Of a stretch of 64,000 nt of DNA, positions 36,636-51,700 are shown in pieces (positions within the stretch are counted from its first letter, which is position 1; each line of letters opens with the position of its first letter). The DNA is from Spizellomyces punctatus DAOM BR117 (lineage: Eukaryota): the NCBI GenBank assembly GCA_000182565.2, contig KQ257456.1; one strand, written 5' to 3'. The notes below the pieces were generated by a model. That model searched no databases. It was not told the DNA's origin and was given only the letters and a program-made list of their open reading frames with translations. Made by a program: the position numbers and the translations under genes.

Positions 36636-39600
36636 ATGGCCGGAGGGAGCGCGGCTCGAGCGAACAGGCAGAAGAAAGGGAAGAGAAATGCTAATGGAAA
36701 GAGAGGCAATAAGGATCGTAAGACTGGAGACCGGAGAGGTGGCAAAGATGTCGAGCGTCGGGGAGGTGGTTTTCGAGGTGTCGAGCTGGTTTGGAATCCC
36801 GTCACTGGGGAGGTAGTAGAAATAGGGAAGAAGCAAAGTGCAATCTTGAAAGAAAAAGAGAAACGTCAAATGGCTCGAAAATGGCAGCAAGCAACGAAGT
36901 CCAAAAAGGAGGAGTTGCCACGACTCCATTTGACCCGCCCCGTATTTAAAAGGTTGGCCACTATCCTATCAAATTATCATGAGGCACAGAAAGTCCTAAG
37001 ACAAGTGGAGGAAGGCGATGACGATGATTACGAGGAAGATGATGAGCAGGATATCGACCCTGGAATGGAAGAGTTGATAAGGGATATCAATGGTCCGCGT
37101 TTCTACCACGACGAGAACAAGTACAACGGAGAGTCGGACGAGGAGGATTTTCAAAGCGATGGGAGTAGTGAACAATCTTCTTTAGAGGATGGGGAAGATG
37201 CTGAGACAAATGATAGTGAAGACGACGTCGATGAAGGATTTGATTACAGTGATGATGAAAGCTCCACAGGCGAAACCACCACTGAAGACGTAGGTAGTGG
37301 GTTCGAAGGCACAGCGACGCAGCATCGTATGATAATCAATGCCCCCACCAAATTGACAAGGCCTCCACCGTCAGTTGGCGGGCGAGAACACGACTCCATG
37401 GAACTGCCTTTTTCCGATACATCTGTGCACGCCGACAGCATTAGTCGAGCATGGCTGGAGTCACTTGGATTTACAACTCGACACGCAGTCGTTGCGCTAC
37501 AACGCTGTAACAATGATCAACTCGCTGCTTTGTCATACCTATATTCGCAGGTTGTCGATTCGGAGTTCGTGCTATCCAGTGACTGCGTGGCCACTGACCC
37601 CGAGTTCGCGGATGAAGCAAACGCCCTGCGGGAGCAGGAATGCAAAGAATTAGAAAGCGTGTATGGGAAAAGCTTCACTCGTTATACCAGACGAGATGGT
37701 ACCCTCGTGTGGCAGATTACCGGAATAGAGGTAGAGGTTCCAGGGCTCACCCAATCGGCGCTCCATCTTGCGCTGCAGTTGCATCATCCCAAAAATACAA
37801 TGTATCCCTTTCAAGCCCCGGTTGTTGTGCTAGACTGTAGCAATAAACCGGAGGGAATCCAAGCAGGACTCCTGTCGCTTGCGATTTCGCTGCAAATGAG
37901 AGCCAGGGACCATCTGGGTGAAACAGTGATGGATATGTTGGCATCCGCCCTTCAGACGAACGAGGCACAGGAGTCACTGATAGCGCCATCTGTACGCATA
38001 CGCAATATCGTAGCACCAGGCTGGGATGCTACTGGAAGAAGTGAGCAAAAACGTGTTCTCGTGATTAAGGGGCACAGAGAAAAGGAGAAGGAGAAAATTA
38101 CTCAGGGTCCCAAGATTCGGTTGCATAAAGGTCCTAGAGGCGGTGTGCCGACTATGGACATGATTAGACGTGCCCAAGAAGTGGCAATATGTTTGAAGGA
38201 GGATCAAGGAACTGCGAATCTTGTTACCGGCATTGTTGGCAAAGGTACGGGATTGTACCGCTAGACCCTTTTTAGGGTTCGTTGGTCTAACGTTTAGAGA
38301 TGTGTTTCTTTCAAAAGTGTTGACGCGCGGTGATCATCCCCGGGGGATAAAGGTTCAGCTCACAGATGGTCGAGTGGGTCGTGTACAGGCACTAGTCGAA
38401 AGGTGCATAACTGTCGAACCGAGACCGCAAAATTCGAAAGATGCGCCCATCCTTTCTACTCGTTCTGCTGCTCGAGACATGACAACTCCAAACCGTAGCG
38501 GACCGCCGAAGGCACCAGATCAGTCAGAGCTAATAGCTCCTCTGCAGCAAATGCGGATCAATCCCTCAGTTGTTCAGAAACCAATGGATTCAAGCTCTAT
38601 GCCGAAAGGGCGGGTGATACCAGGAAAGCTTCGCAAGCCGCCACTTTCTGCCGCAGAGATTTCGTTGGAGAATGAAAAGCTTCACAAAGAGTTCATTGCG
38701 CAACAGCAGAGGCCCCAGTATAAAAAAATGCGAAGCGAACGTGAGACTCTGCCTGTGTGGAAATGGCAGCAAGATATTGTCAACGCGGTGGAAGAGAATC
38801 CGGTGGTCGTTGTAGAGGGAGAAACCGGCGTAGGTGCCCATTCCTCATTTGTCCCGCTACTTAAACTTAGGGTGTACCTTCCCTCAGTGCGGTAAAACCA
38901 CGCAAGTACCGCAATTTCTGTTGGACGCTTTGATCTGCCAAAAACGGGGGGCTCAATGTAAAATCCTGGTCACCCAACCGCGGCGCATCAGTGCTATTGG
39001 TGTGGCGGAGCGTGTTGCTGCGGAGCGTGATGAAAGCTTGGGGAAGACGGTCGGATACCAAATTCGGTTAGAGAACCGGATGAGTGATGCAACCAGGATT
39101 CTCTTTGCGACAACTGGGATTTTACTCCGTCGTTTGGAAGGGGCCGGTGCCCGATCAGTATCGGGGTTCGGAGCCGAAACGTTGACCGATGGTGAGGGTT
39201 CGATGTAGCCAACAAAAGATTGTTTGCGATAAATACCTCACACATTTTTTTGCATAAATGAGATCATGAAGGTGGTATCGATGATTTAACACACATCATT
39301 GTCGACGAAGTTCATGGTAAGTTGGCAGCTAGATCTCCCAAGATCGCAATAAGTGGACTTATAATGTCTTCACGTTCAGAACGATCGATTGAATCTGACT
39401 TTCTACTGATGGTCCTCCGCGATCTCCTGCTTACCCAGCCACGCTTAAAACTGGTCCTTATGTCGGCCACTCTCAACGCTGAGCTCTTCCAAGCATATTT
39501 CGGTCAAGCTCCTCGTATTCATGTACCCGGCAGGACGTAAGCTAGGGGTTTCCGTGATAGTGTTAAACTGAGTGCTAATCCTCTTTAAGATTCCATGTTC

Positions 39601-42342
39601 AAGTTCTGTATCTTGAGGATGCGCTCGCGAAAACTGGATATCAGCCAGAAGGTAGCGACTACCGCCGCGGGCATATGAGAGTACGGCCCACAACTACAGG
39701 AAATGACGATGAAAAGCCCGATGAGGAGCTCCAATTTTCTGCATTGAAAAAGAGATATCCTCATATTTCCGACAAGACCCTCGAAGCTTTGAAATTGGTG
39801 AACGTGGAGAGGATTCAATACCCCTTAATCGCCCTCCTTGTAGAGTGGATGTCTGAAATGCTATTACCTGGCTCCTCGAAGCGGCAGCCCCCGGGCGCAA
39901 ACACAAGCTTTTCAGGGCGGGGTGTATCAAGAGGTAAAAGAGGACACGGAACCCTCCGAGGCGGGCGACGGTCAGAAAACACGCTCGATCGCCCCCTGTT
40001 CAATGAGAATGTACTTGCGCCCAACCGTGGCATTCTGATTTTCTTGCCTGGCTATGCCGAAATCGCCACTCTCCACGAACTTCTGCGGCATAATCCTCAG
40101 ATTCGCGCCGCGACATCGAATGGTAAATACCTCATACCCCTGCATGGGGACCTACCGTCTGCCCAACAATTGAATGTCTTCAAGCGGCCCGAAGATGGAT
40201 ATGTCAAAGTTATAATTGCCACAAGTAAGCTAATGTGGCAGCTGCGCCAAGTTACAGCTGGGCTAATAAGAAACGTACAGATGTCGCCGAAACAAGCATA
40301 ACAGTAGACGATGTGGCAAGTCCTAAGGAGAGATCTGTGTGACCTCACATTGTGCTCATTGACCACTGTAGGTCTACGTGATCGATTCCGGAAAAATGAA
40401 AGAGACCCGCTTCGATCCCACGAAAGGAATGGCCAGTCTTGAAGAATGGTAGGGAACCGGTATTCGGACGCGGGCATACCAACTCTAACATTATTCTGTA
40501 GTTGGGTATCTCGGGCAAATGCTTTGCAACGTCGTGGACGAGCGGGGCGTGTAACAGAAGGCACTTGCGTCCACCTGTTTACTTCACATATGTTTGAGAA
40601 TACGCTCGCTGCCCAGCAAGTGCCGGAAATGCGGAGAACCCCTCTCGAGCAGCTATGCTTGAGAATTAAAGTGCTGCCATTCCTTCAAGGAAGAATTGCG
40701 CAGGTAGTGGCTTAAACCGTTGTCGCCGTTGCATTGTCTGCTATCCATTCAATGGACCTATAGATCCTCGCCAAAGTCATTGAGCCTCCGTCTCACGAGG
40801 CCGTGCAAAATGCAGTGCTCACCCTACGAACATTACAAGTAAGATTTTACTCACTCGTCGCTGCGACCACATCTGGCACTTATCATCAATCCGGGTGCGT
40901 CTCAGGCGCTAACGAGAGAAGAAACATTAACGCCGCTCGGATTTCACCTCGGACGATTACCTGTAGATGTGCGGGTAAGGTCCACTCCCGAGATGGCAGT
41001 CGTATCTTTTCAACATTAATAGTTGTGTATCGCGATAGATCGGCAAGCTACTTATACTTGGTAGCATTTTCCATTGTGTGGATCCGGTACTGACTATTGC
41101 GGCAGCCATGAGCATGAAGAGTCCATTTGTTGCGCCTTTTGAAAAGCGAGAAATGGCTGATAGGAAAAAAGCGGTAAGTTATTCTTCTACATACAGTTGC
41201 TGTCGTTACTAAACGAGTCAAGAAAATCTAGGAGTTCGCGAGCGGGATGTCAGATCAACTCACCATTCTAAATGCATATCGGCAATGGCAAAAAGTCCGC
41301 TCGTTGGGGCAAGAAGCTGAAAGGACATTCTTAAGGTCTAATTTCTTGTCGTGGAAAGTTCTTGGTAACCACATTCTCCATTCCGGCATTTGACGACAAC
41401 CCCACCTTATCTCGGTGTCACACCTGTAGGGATGATTGCGAGTGTCAAACGGCAGCTGGCCGAACTGCTTTCAGATATCGGCTTCCTTGATTCTTCACTG
41501 CCATTGCAAGTTCGAGCTATGGAACGCGCAGGCGGTAACATCTCAGATGGTGTCGTTGAAAGTATCCGGCCAGAAGCGAACGCACGAGGTGACGATCTAA
41601 GACTTGTAAAGGCGGTTCTGATTGCCGCGCTCTATCCCAATGGTACTCTGCGTATGCTGCGCGTGTATTGTTACTTTCAATAACACCCCCTGGTTTCCTC
41701 AAAGTAATTCAAACGGCAAACAGTTCCAAGCCTGCGGGTGAACCTCAATTGAAAGTTCGCGGCGGAGAAGAAGTGTTTATACATCCCTCCTCAGTCGTAT
41801 GTGGACCAGCATGCAGCACACATTGGCGGCTATTCTAATATTCGCGTTATGAAAAACTGGTATAGAATTATCGGAAGATGTTTCCCACACGGTTTCTCGT
41901 GTACCATGAGAAAGTGAAGACAAGCAAGGTCTACATTCGCGACTCGAGCGTAGTTACACCATATGCTCTCGCATTCTTCGGCGGCAATCTGACATGGGTG
42001 AGTAGGGTAGAGAACATGCCTTGTGACAGCTCAGTGAAACTGATACCTATTTACGACGCTGCCTGCGTCTCAGGATAAACGGCAAAGTAAGTGAATTTTG
42101 CAAGATGTCTTTCTGATTCATTACGAAACTAACACGTTGGTAATTATTCGTTCGTAGAGCGGCTAAATATGGGTGACGGTTGGATTGCATTCCGTGCGGA
42201 TCCTCCTACTGCGGGGGTCATCGAAGGATGTCGCGCAGCTATGGACGAGCTCTTGGCGAGGAAGATACAGGATCCAACTCTTGATATATCTGGAGAAGAG
42301 CTCATCGACGCAATTGTCGACATCATCAATATGCAGAATTGA
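36636..42342 (+). CDS. DEAH/RHA RNA helicase, DHX57/DHX29/Ylr419w-like (UBA-like, RWD, helicase, HA2, OB), with an embedded YwbE/DUF2196-like domain
   Basis: [106 protein letters not shown]. The RWD core is [12 protein letters not shown]. Confidence 0.92.
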
Positions 42343-42739
42343 TCCACAGCGGGCGGCTGATCTATTCGCTTCTTAGCACATGATATTCGTGTAGCATAAT
42401 ATTGCATCTCGGAAATTTAAGTGAGCATGACGCTCTTCCGGGAATGGGTTTACTCGATGCACTTGGAAATGGGTATTTAGGTGTAAATATTGCGTTTTGC
42501 GATTGTTTCTACTGGCTAGACTTTTGGTATTAATGCTGTAATGTATCTATATATCAATCACATTTGACCGGTACCGTCAGATGTTTCCACCATTATCAAT
42601 CCGTTTGAGCAAACGGTTGAGGTGTTTAAAATCTGAAATGTCATGTACGGTACTGCGTTCACTCTCTCAAGGTTCGATTTTTTCTCGTTACGAGTCATTA
42701 TATCACATCGAATGCCGATTGCCGATTCGTTTAGTCTTC

Positions 42740-45700
42740 TCATGTTCTTGATGTTCCTGGTGTCGAAGCAACCCTGTCCGCCTCTACCCTTTCCATAATT
42801 CGCTTGATAACATATTCTTCTTCTTCGTCAAATGCGTGTGTTTGAAGGTACACCTTGTCATCAAAGATATAGGTATGGACATCGCAATATGTACAACAAA
42901 ACGCAGGCAAAACAGTACCTGCAACAAAGCAGGCTTGGTGTAGTCACGAACAGGTAGGTCATCACACTCTATGTTTTGATGTTCGCGTCGCTCCTCCGGT
43001 AGCGGTGGCAATCGGTTCGGATGCCGAGCAAAGTACAACTGCACCACGTCGTACGCAGATGTGGTTCTAATGATAACAAAATCCTCGCTCAGCCTAGCAC
43101 ATGAATCCCTCTAATCATAATGACGCACCTTTGAGCTTTGAGTGATGCTATCACTAAATGCTCAATTTGATCACAGTCCACAAGATATTGGACAAAATCG
43201 TTGAGATGCTTCGTTGTTAGCAGAAGCTCATATGCTCGGAGTTCGTCTACTCGGTCGAATATTGCTCTCATAACCCACGTCTAGATGTCGACATCATGAA
43301 AACAGTTCCGTTTGCCAGCACGCAATGTAATCGGATAGATTACTACCTTGCCTATCCACGTGTCCGTTGCTCCAAAGCTTATGGCTGAGCCGTGTTGAGA
43401 ATGATTTTTATCTGCTTTATTAAATATAACATCCAGTGCTTGAATAAGCTCAGAGGAATCTAGCCGGGAAACCGATCTCTGTTTTTCGCAACCCTAATTA
43501 TCAGCATTTCAGCATCAGCATAAACGGCGTACGTATACTACCTTAATGGCATCCGACAAACGTGGAGTAGGAGGCAAAGCGGCCATGCCACGAAGGGCAT
43601 TCAAAAGGTCCTCAAATGTAACTGGTGTTTTCATGGCCATGTTGGTGAAATGATCGACGAACGCATCGACATTCATCTCAAATAGAAAAGGACACTTTTG
43701 CACTAAGGTTAACATGCGGTCGTGCATTGCCGAAGTTGCTTCTGATGCCCGGATCTGCGTGAGTACAAAGTGATCTTATGCTAAATCTGCGTTGGTGCAA
43801 GGTCATTTCTTACCGCTATTTTCCGACAGCATCTGAAGACAGCCTGTGAGCACACCGTTCCAAACTCTCGGCAATGATGTTATTTGTGATAGCTCCGGTA
43901 CCGAAGTAAGATGCTCGAGAACGCCCAACAGATAGCGATACTAGCAAAAAAATAGTTAGGCCACACTCCTCAATTGCGTTAATAATCGTTACTACTTACG
44001 ACTTTTTTGTCCAACAATCGATTTAGGGCGCTCTCCCAAAGCGTCAAATCGTACACCCTGTAATCCAAGCATATGTTGCAGATCAGTTGTACCACCTACA
44101 AATTGCATCCAGGTTACCACCATATACGTGAGCGAACCAAAAATGCCAACTTGGATTTCACCTTCAACTCATTCTTATGATTTACCCAGAGGGACCGGAC
44201 AAACGCTTCCTTATCACATTTCTCAAATTCACGCAAGGACTGCATGATTCTCAGTTCCTCAAAATCTGCCAGGTAAAGAAGCATCTGCATGTAATTTCTT
44301 AAGAGCAACGATTCAGCAAGCATCGATCTTTCCGTACAACTACACGCAGTCACCTACTTGATGTTTTGGTAATTGTAATTCGCCAGTTCTTTCGGGCTCG
44401 CTAATTGGAACAATACACTCAATGCTCGCACGCGGTTCAATGTTTGAATCTTTGATGTCGGCTGGTTGCGAATGGAACATCAGTAAACATCGATTTTGTG
44501 TCGACTACCGAAGTTGGTTGAATTTATCTCACATGGCTCACGAAGTTCAACAAATACTGGATACCCGCTTGAAGCGGCAGGGATTGCAAAAGGTATAATA
44601 GTCGCATTTGGATGGCTATTTCCTCTCGTGAGTTCAATAAGTTATTGATCTGAATATGTAGAGCAACGGATATTTAGCCGGATTAAAGAAGCAATTAGGT
44701 GGCTGAATGACGCCTAATCTCCAAGGCCACATTACCTGCACACGCATGGAAGGCAGGTACATTTCACGTTCTTCGTCACTAATAGAAACATCTGCTGTCA
44801 TCCATTTCTACATCGCCAAAGAATAAATGCTGAAGTGAGTTTCAAGGCGGTAGCTCCCGGCATGACGCCCGAGGTTGTTGGGGTTTTGTTACCTTAATCA
44901 GCCAATTTCTAAACTCGTCGGGATCCACTCCGGTTCGCTTGGCAATATCGTTTACAAGTCCATGAAGGTCCAGATCGTCTAATCAAAGCAGCCTCCTTAG
45001 ATGGAGTCAGAATGTAAGATGCCCAGTATGCTATACGTACTCTTTGAATCTAAAGCAGCCTCACTCCTGCTCAGATACAGGTTGTGCATCAGGCTTGTCA
45101 TGGAATCTTGTACCGATATGAAACTTTGCATTTCTGTCATCCCCAGACATTTCAATTGATGCTCTGTCTCGCAAACGATGAGCATTCTTTTGATCTCAGT
45201 TGACCGTTTTGGCGGACTGCCAGTTGCTGTTGGCTGTTCAGCGTTATTCTTTCGTCATGGACAAGGGCTAATCAGTGACTGCTGCAAAGAAATAGAGCTG
45301 CCTCACATTGTGCTCACCTGGACAGCGTCTGGAGGTTCGGACCTCTCTGCTCGGGCCACCGCCATGCGGTAGGCCTGGATACGATCTGGACCAAGCGGGA
45401 ATCGTTTAGCCACTTCCAACAGGGTCTCAATCGCTGCTACGTCATCAGAAATGCTTGATATCAATCGTTTGATGTCTGAAAAATGCAACTTCGCTCCAGT
45501 TGGCCCGCTTGGCGGTTGTACATCTGCGACCGACACTCCATCCTCGCCTTCCTTGGCTGTCTGCTCATTGCCGGAATCATCAGAAAAGAGTTTTGAGTCG
45601 CACCATTTCTCAAGCTACAAACCAGCTGAAACATATTCTCCACGGCAATAACATAAAACTTGTCGAGGTTAAGGTTGAGGACCTTCCGCAACGGCCGTAG

Positions 45701-48700
45701 TCGAGGGATAGACTCCTCCGTCAACTCTGGACCGAGGACCAACCACGGATTTACGCTAAGGGCGTGGTAAGGAAGTCGTTGCATGCATTTCGGAAACATC
45801 TAGTATGACGACAGAGACCTTGAGTCCGCGATCATCATAAAAAGATGAGCCACCTCCTCTACCTTTTTCAGATCCTGAATTGTTGCCTGCTCTGATACGA
45901 TACTTCCTCCACTGACAACTTCCGCCACAATGAGCGTTAGGGAAAATGCACATTTGCCGCGTGCATGCAACTTAATGCTTACTTCTTTTGGCTTCTATTA
46001 GCTCTTCCAGCGAGGGAGGTTTCGCCCTTCCGTAGTCAGCAAGGACACCCACCACCTCCTTACAGCGCTGACCAAAATGGTGATCTGGGTCGAGGCGCAA
46101 TATCTGGGTGGCTACAAACAGAATGCCTGCCATACGTTGTTACATTTAGTACTATCCAGATTCTCTGGCATGAGCATCCAACGCTTACGTTCGTAATCAT
46201 ATGGTGAAAACCGAGGCAAACACTCCTTCATTAAAGTATTCAGTAGCCTTTCTTTGTTGACAACGTCGTCCAAAATTCCAGCCACTCGGGATTGATAGTC
46301 CTTCTCATCACCGTTAGCGAGCAACAGGCCCTTCACATATTCCACGATAACGAAATCATCTACAAACAGGCGAAAAGAAATGAGATGTGACCGGGCACTA
46401 TCACCCTCTGTGCAGTTGTACCCTCAATGTCGTAACTCCTTGCAAACTCTAATGTAGTCAGAATGTCATATCCAGTTCGCGCCAAAAGTAGTGGCACAAT
46501 CCGCCTTTGGTGCCCTCCAGTTTCAACTCGGTACCGAAATGTTTCGTTATCGAAAGGGATACCTGTTTAAGGAAATCGAGATATTACCTTCTTAATACAA
46601 CACGCAGGGAAATTCCTCAACCTACCCAGTAAGCGAAGTTGATGCCACCATTTGGCATTCGCAGCTAGATCCTCGCAGTTAATTCTAAAGGTCCGTTGCT
46701 TCCACGCAGACGAAAGTGCGATGCCGATGCCAGCAATATGCAAGACACGCGCATATTCCTGCCCGGCTGTGGCCATTCCAGCCTGATGACCCCTGTCAGC
46801 AAAGGATCGCACGGAGTGTAAGTACGGTACGCAAAAGCTTTACCTTGTACGCCTCGAACGCCTGTTCCAATGGTAGCGACACTAAACATCCTACCGCCAG
46901 TTTTTGATCGATCATCCTAGAGCTCAAAACCTACGATAACGCATATTCGTCATGAGTATTTTTGCAAGACGTTGACGCCAAGCAAGCACTAACCGCCACG
47001 GATAGCCGCCGTAAGGTTTCGCAATAGAATGCAATAACAGTGTCCCATGCTGAACTTTCCCGCATTTGACCAACCCTCAGTACAGCCTCTTTAGCTCGTT
47101 GCAAAACCCAAAGTACGGTCTGCCAACTTTTGTTGTTGACCAGGAACTCTGCCAAAAGCCTCCCAGAATGCGCAGGATGGCCACGTTCCGATTCCCCCTT
47201 GCCTTTGGCGGAGTCATCCACCTGGAACCCAAGAATCACACCATTCTCGTTGAACGCGGACGCATCCAGAACGAAGCTAGAGACGAGACCCATTGCAGAC
47301 TCAGTTGACAAGACAAGGCTACTTTCCCTAAAATTTCCTTCGAACACAGAAGCCGCAAATTTGTCACCAATGTTCGCAATTTCCATCTCGGCAGTTGGAG
47401 CTGGTTTCGGCGACGAGATCGAGCTCGCCGAGTTTGAACTGGAACTGGGTGAATTGGATGACTGTCCAAGATGATGACTTTCATCAAACACATTGGAATC
47501 AAAAGGCTCAACGTTGCTGGCTACTAAGGCACCATAATCACCCGCATCGCACTGAGTGAAAACTCTGTGCTGCAACTCATAATTTTTGAAATCATCCAGG
47601 CAGCTCTGAATTGCATCTGCATCACACACGCAGAACGCTTGACCACTCAGCTGCAGAATTCTACTCGTGAGGCGAGAATGCATTCCGAATTCCTTCACAT
47701 CGCGGAAAGCTTCTTTGTGCTCGGCACCATACCTCGTCAAAAGGTGTGCTACGCGTTGAAGAGTACGCGCAGTCTCCCCGTCCGGAAATTTATCATATAG
47801 CTCTTTGCATAGGACGAGGGCGCTTCGGAAATCGCCGTTACGAGCAGCCTCTTCCGCCAAGATCCCTCGTAATCGAGATCTTTCAAATCCCAGAACGTGG
47901 GCCAGCCTATATAGCGTTGTATGCGACTGATCCGTCTCTTCCTGCCGAGCGCTGGTTCCATTTCCTCGTCGACTTTCCGTTTGTTTTCCCTTCATTTTCT
48001 CTGTCGTCTGAGCTGATTTCCTGTCGTCGGGACTGGCATCCGCGTTTCCAATGTATTTGAATACCTTTCTGGCAAAACCCGCTAATACCTTCCGTCTCTC
48101 CCTTTCATTGGCAAATTGTCCCATGGTCATGGTCACCCCAAACTCCTTAAAAAGCGCGGCCATATTTCGCAAAATTGCCAATGCGTCATCGAACCCGCCA
48201 AGCTCCAGGTCTAGGGCTGCTGCAAAGGGGGTAACGCTCTTCGTAAAAGTAGACGGATTATTTGACGGAGCAAGCACCGATCCTGACTGGCCAATATGTT
48301 CGGTATTTGGAGAGTTGCTAAGGTCGTCCCTGATTTTATGAAGGACACGGGCTAACTCGACTAGTGAGTCAATAGTACGTGAATATGTTGCCAGTGCATT
48401 CATGTCAGCCTCATCATCATTCCTAGCCTTCACCGCGTCATCCAAGATATAGATCAGACAAAGAGCAACCTCTTTTCCAACACCAATCTTCTCGATGAGG
48501 TCAAGCTGTTGGTCAGTTTCAAGTCCTAACCCGTCAGCATCCGGTTGCATCTCATCCGCAGCGTCCTCTTCCACTCCCGATTCTAACAGCCGTAAAGCGC
48601 GGGAGACTTTTCCAGCTTCAAATAGCGCCATCAATCGAATGCGGTATGCCTCCATTTTGTTGAGATGATGATATGCACTAACGACCTTCGTGGGTCTCAG

Positions 48701-51700
48701 CACTCCTGTTTGACGCAAAGAGACATCAAGTCACGCACCTGAAGGGCATCACGCATGGCATTAACCAAATCAATACGACCTAAAATCCTTGGAAGTAGAC
48801 CTGAACTCAGAGACAATCTTAGCTGATCCGCTTATGTGTGGAAGAATACAAGCCGGCAGACCTCTAGCTAAAGTCTTATCTGAGATGTTGAATGTTGTAA
48901 TACCATACGCGATCAGCATTCTCTTTAGTTTCAATAGCCGATACTGTTCGCGAAGCTCATCCTTCTTGCGTGTTGTAGACCATTGCAACGCCTGTTGAAT
49001 ATATAAATGCATCATTTCATCGGTCGCACAACGTGGAGTCACTTCTTACCGTACCTCAATGAAGACTCTCCCCACATCTGAACCCCACGGTACCGGTGTT
49101 CGTTTCATTAACTCCAGCACAACATCCGCTCGTATGTCAGCGTCCACCATACAGCTTAAAATGGCCAGGACTCTTGCCTGCCAAGAACTGTCGGCTAAGG
49201 TATTTGTACCACCGGTGGTCATAGAGCCATCCATGAGATCGACGCAATATTCGGCCAAAAGTTCGTCAAAAGATAGAGCATTGCGCTCAACATACGGCCT
49301 GAAATGCTTTTCAATGGCATCACCGAGCAGCTCTGGGGCAGCAACACGGTCCAGCAGATCCTTGGCGATCTCATTCAGACTAAACTGACTGTAGTCGTTT
49401 AACGTGAGACAGAAGTCGTGCTTGTCCCACAGGTAAACTAGGTCTTCTAATTGCTTCTTTAATCCATTCGCCCAGACTTTGCCACTACTGCTTTCGAATC
49501 CGAAAGTGGATGTACTAGTTCGGCCAAACAGGATGGTGTTTTCAACGTAGTGCGCCGGTGTGGCGGGTGTGAAGAGTTGGTGATCGCGCGCGGATGAGAC
49601 TCGGTCATCGCCTCCCTGCTCGGCCATGCCTGGCAGCGCAACCGTATCCAGCAAGCGAATGACTTCCAATGCTCCGTGGGGTTTTTTCTCCCTCGCTTCC
49701 ACGAAGCGGGCTCGTTGCTCAATCCAAATTGCCAGCTTCGCACTAATAAATCAAGCGATGAGCATGATCACAGGTAATCAATATCTTGCAATTGGCCAAC
49801 CTACCGATCACTCCCCTGCTGAACAATCGGCAATACCTCGTTTCTCAGCCACGGTACGAAGTCATTCAAGGCGGCGTGCTCAGGAACATCAGCAAGAATT
49901 TGGTGAATAGAGGGTAAAATGTTCCCATCTATTTCAATATACACCAGAAAGATTCGCTCACAATAAGCCCGGATGGAAAATCAACAGATATGAGATTTCG
50001 GACTCACCCAGGTAATGTCGCTTCCAGATGACAATTGCTAACCTCACATCTTCAGATCTCAGCAGGTCGCGGATCTCTGCCACAAGGTCTGCAATTCTAA
50101 ATGCATGCCATTCTCGGCAATCGAATCCATCCCCATCAACTGCCGCTGTATTTTTATTATGGCTAGCTGACCCACCACGCCTATTCAACTTCTCGAAGGA
50201 AATCAGTTGGTATGTTCCAATACGTCGAATAGCCTGATGCACATTGAACATTGACGATGACAGGTTGCCCGCATGTGATCGCCTCGCACTGTCTTGCGCC
50301 AAGCTGCGAGCAAACGCTAGCAGACGATATGTGGCTCGGAAGCTTGGTAGCATCGCTTCAAGACAGAACTCTATGCAGAATGACTCATCCTAGTTTATGA
50401 ATGAGCACGGCATCTTACTAAATTTCGCTCCTAAATAGATAGCTCACCTCAACCAGTTTCAAATCAGCAATCAGCCCGTCAACGAAATGGTTCAGTTTGT
50501 CCTCGTCAGATAAGGTCCGCAATTCAACACTTGCAATCATGTGTCGCAGCTTTGTCTTGAGGACCAACTAACAAGTGGATAGTTGAGTGATCGATCGCAT
50601 GGAGCGTGATCGACTGCAGATATACCTGGACATCCAGCTCGAAGCTTTCTGCAAACCTTTCAGCTTCTGCAAATCGTTGGCTTTGGAGCAACTGCTCAAA
50701 CCGGTAAAGTGGTACGGTTTGCGCTAAGGCACGGATATAGAGTTCACTGATTCTAATACGAATTGATGAAGGGTTTATGACGAATATTCAATGCACGATG
50801 TCAGTGTCTGAATAGCGATACCTATGCGTTTGCTGGTTTTCAATTCCTTCAACGAAATGCACCCGCCCATCCTCAAAAGCGTGCGCTGTCTGTTGCCCGT
50901 CTTCTTGTTGAATCTTGACAAGCCATGTGTTTCGAGAAACGCGTACATGATGCGTGACGGTGAAGCTTGGCATGTGGATGACTTGGATGAATCGTGATTC
51001 CGCAACGTCAGGTAGTTCCGTAAGAGTAACGATGTTTAGTTGGCCTTGGCACTGGGAGGGTGTCCGCATGATCATAAAATCAATAATTTTGGTATCGTTG
51101 TAATGGTGAATCATGAAAAGACTAGAAACAGAGAAAGAGGAAGAAACACTTAGCATGACGTCAGAAAGCATCCATATTTGAAGCATGTAGCCTACTGCTC
51201 AAAGTCCCAAATAGAGAGACGGCCACTGTCGTCGAGAAGCAGTAAAAGTCTGCCAGTAGGATCCACTTGTGCCTTTAAAAGCCCACAGCCCTTCAGCAGG
51301 CGTTCCACCGCGTCCACCTTCATTGTCTTCTGGGTGAGTTTGGAGCGATGCCACACCGTCAATGGCTGGCGACCTATAGTATATGTGTTAGATCGCAGAG
51401 AGGCTGGATAACACCGACAGGGGCGCCACGATACCTTTCCCGGCAACTACAATACGATGGCTTCCATTTTGTCGAGATGCCCAGGCTACATCATGGACAG
51501 ATTTCAAGTCCGTTTCTTCCTGCATCAAGTCAACTTTTTCCATGATGATCATTTGATACAGCTACATCGTAGCGGCCAAAAGAAGGTTAACATTGAATAG
51601 ACAGGCACAGAAGAGAAAAGCAATCCAACCTCAGCAGCCCATTTTGCGTTCCCGGAAGCCATTGCTTCGCCAAGCTTTGACATACTCATGTTTGTAAATC

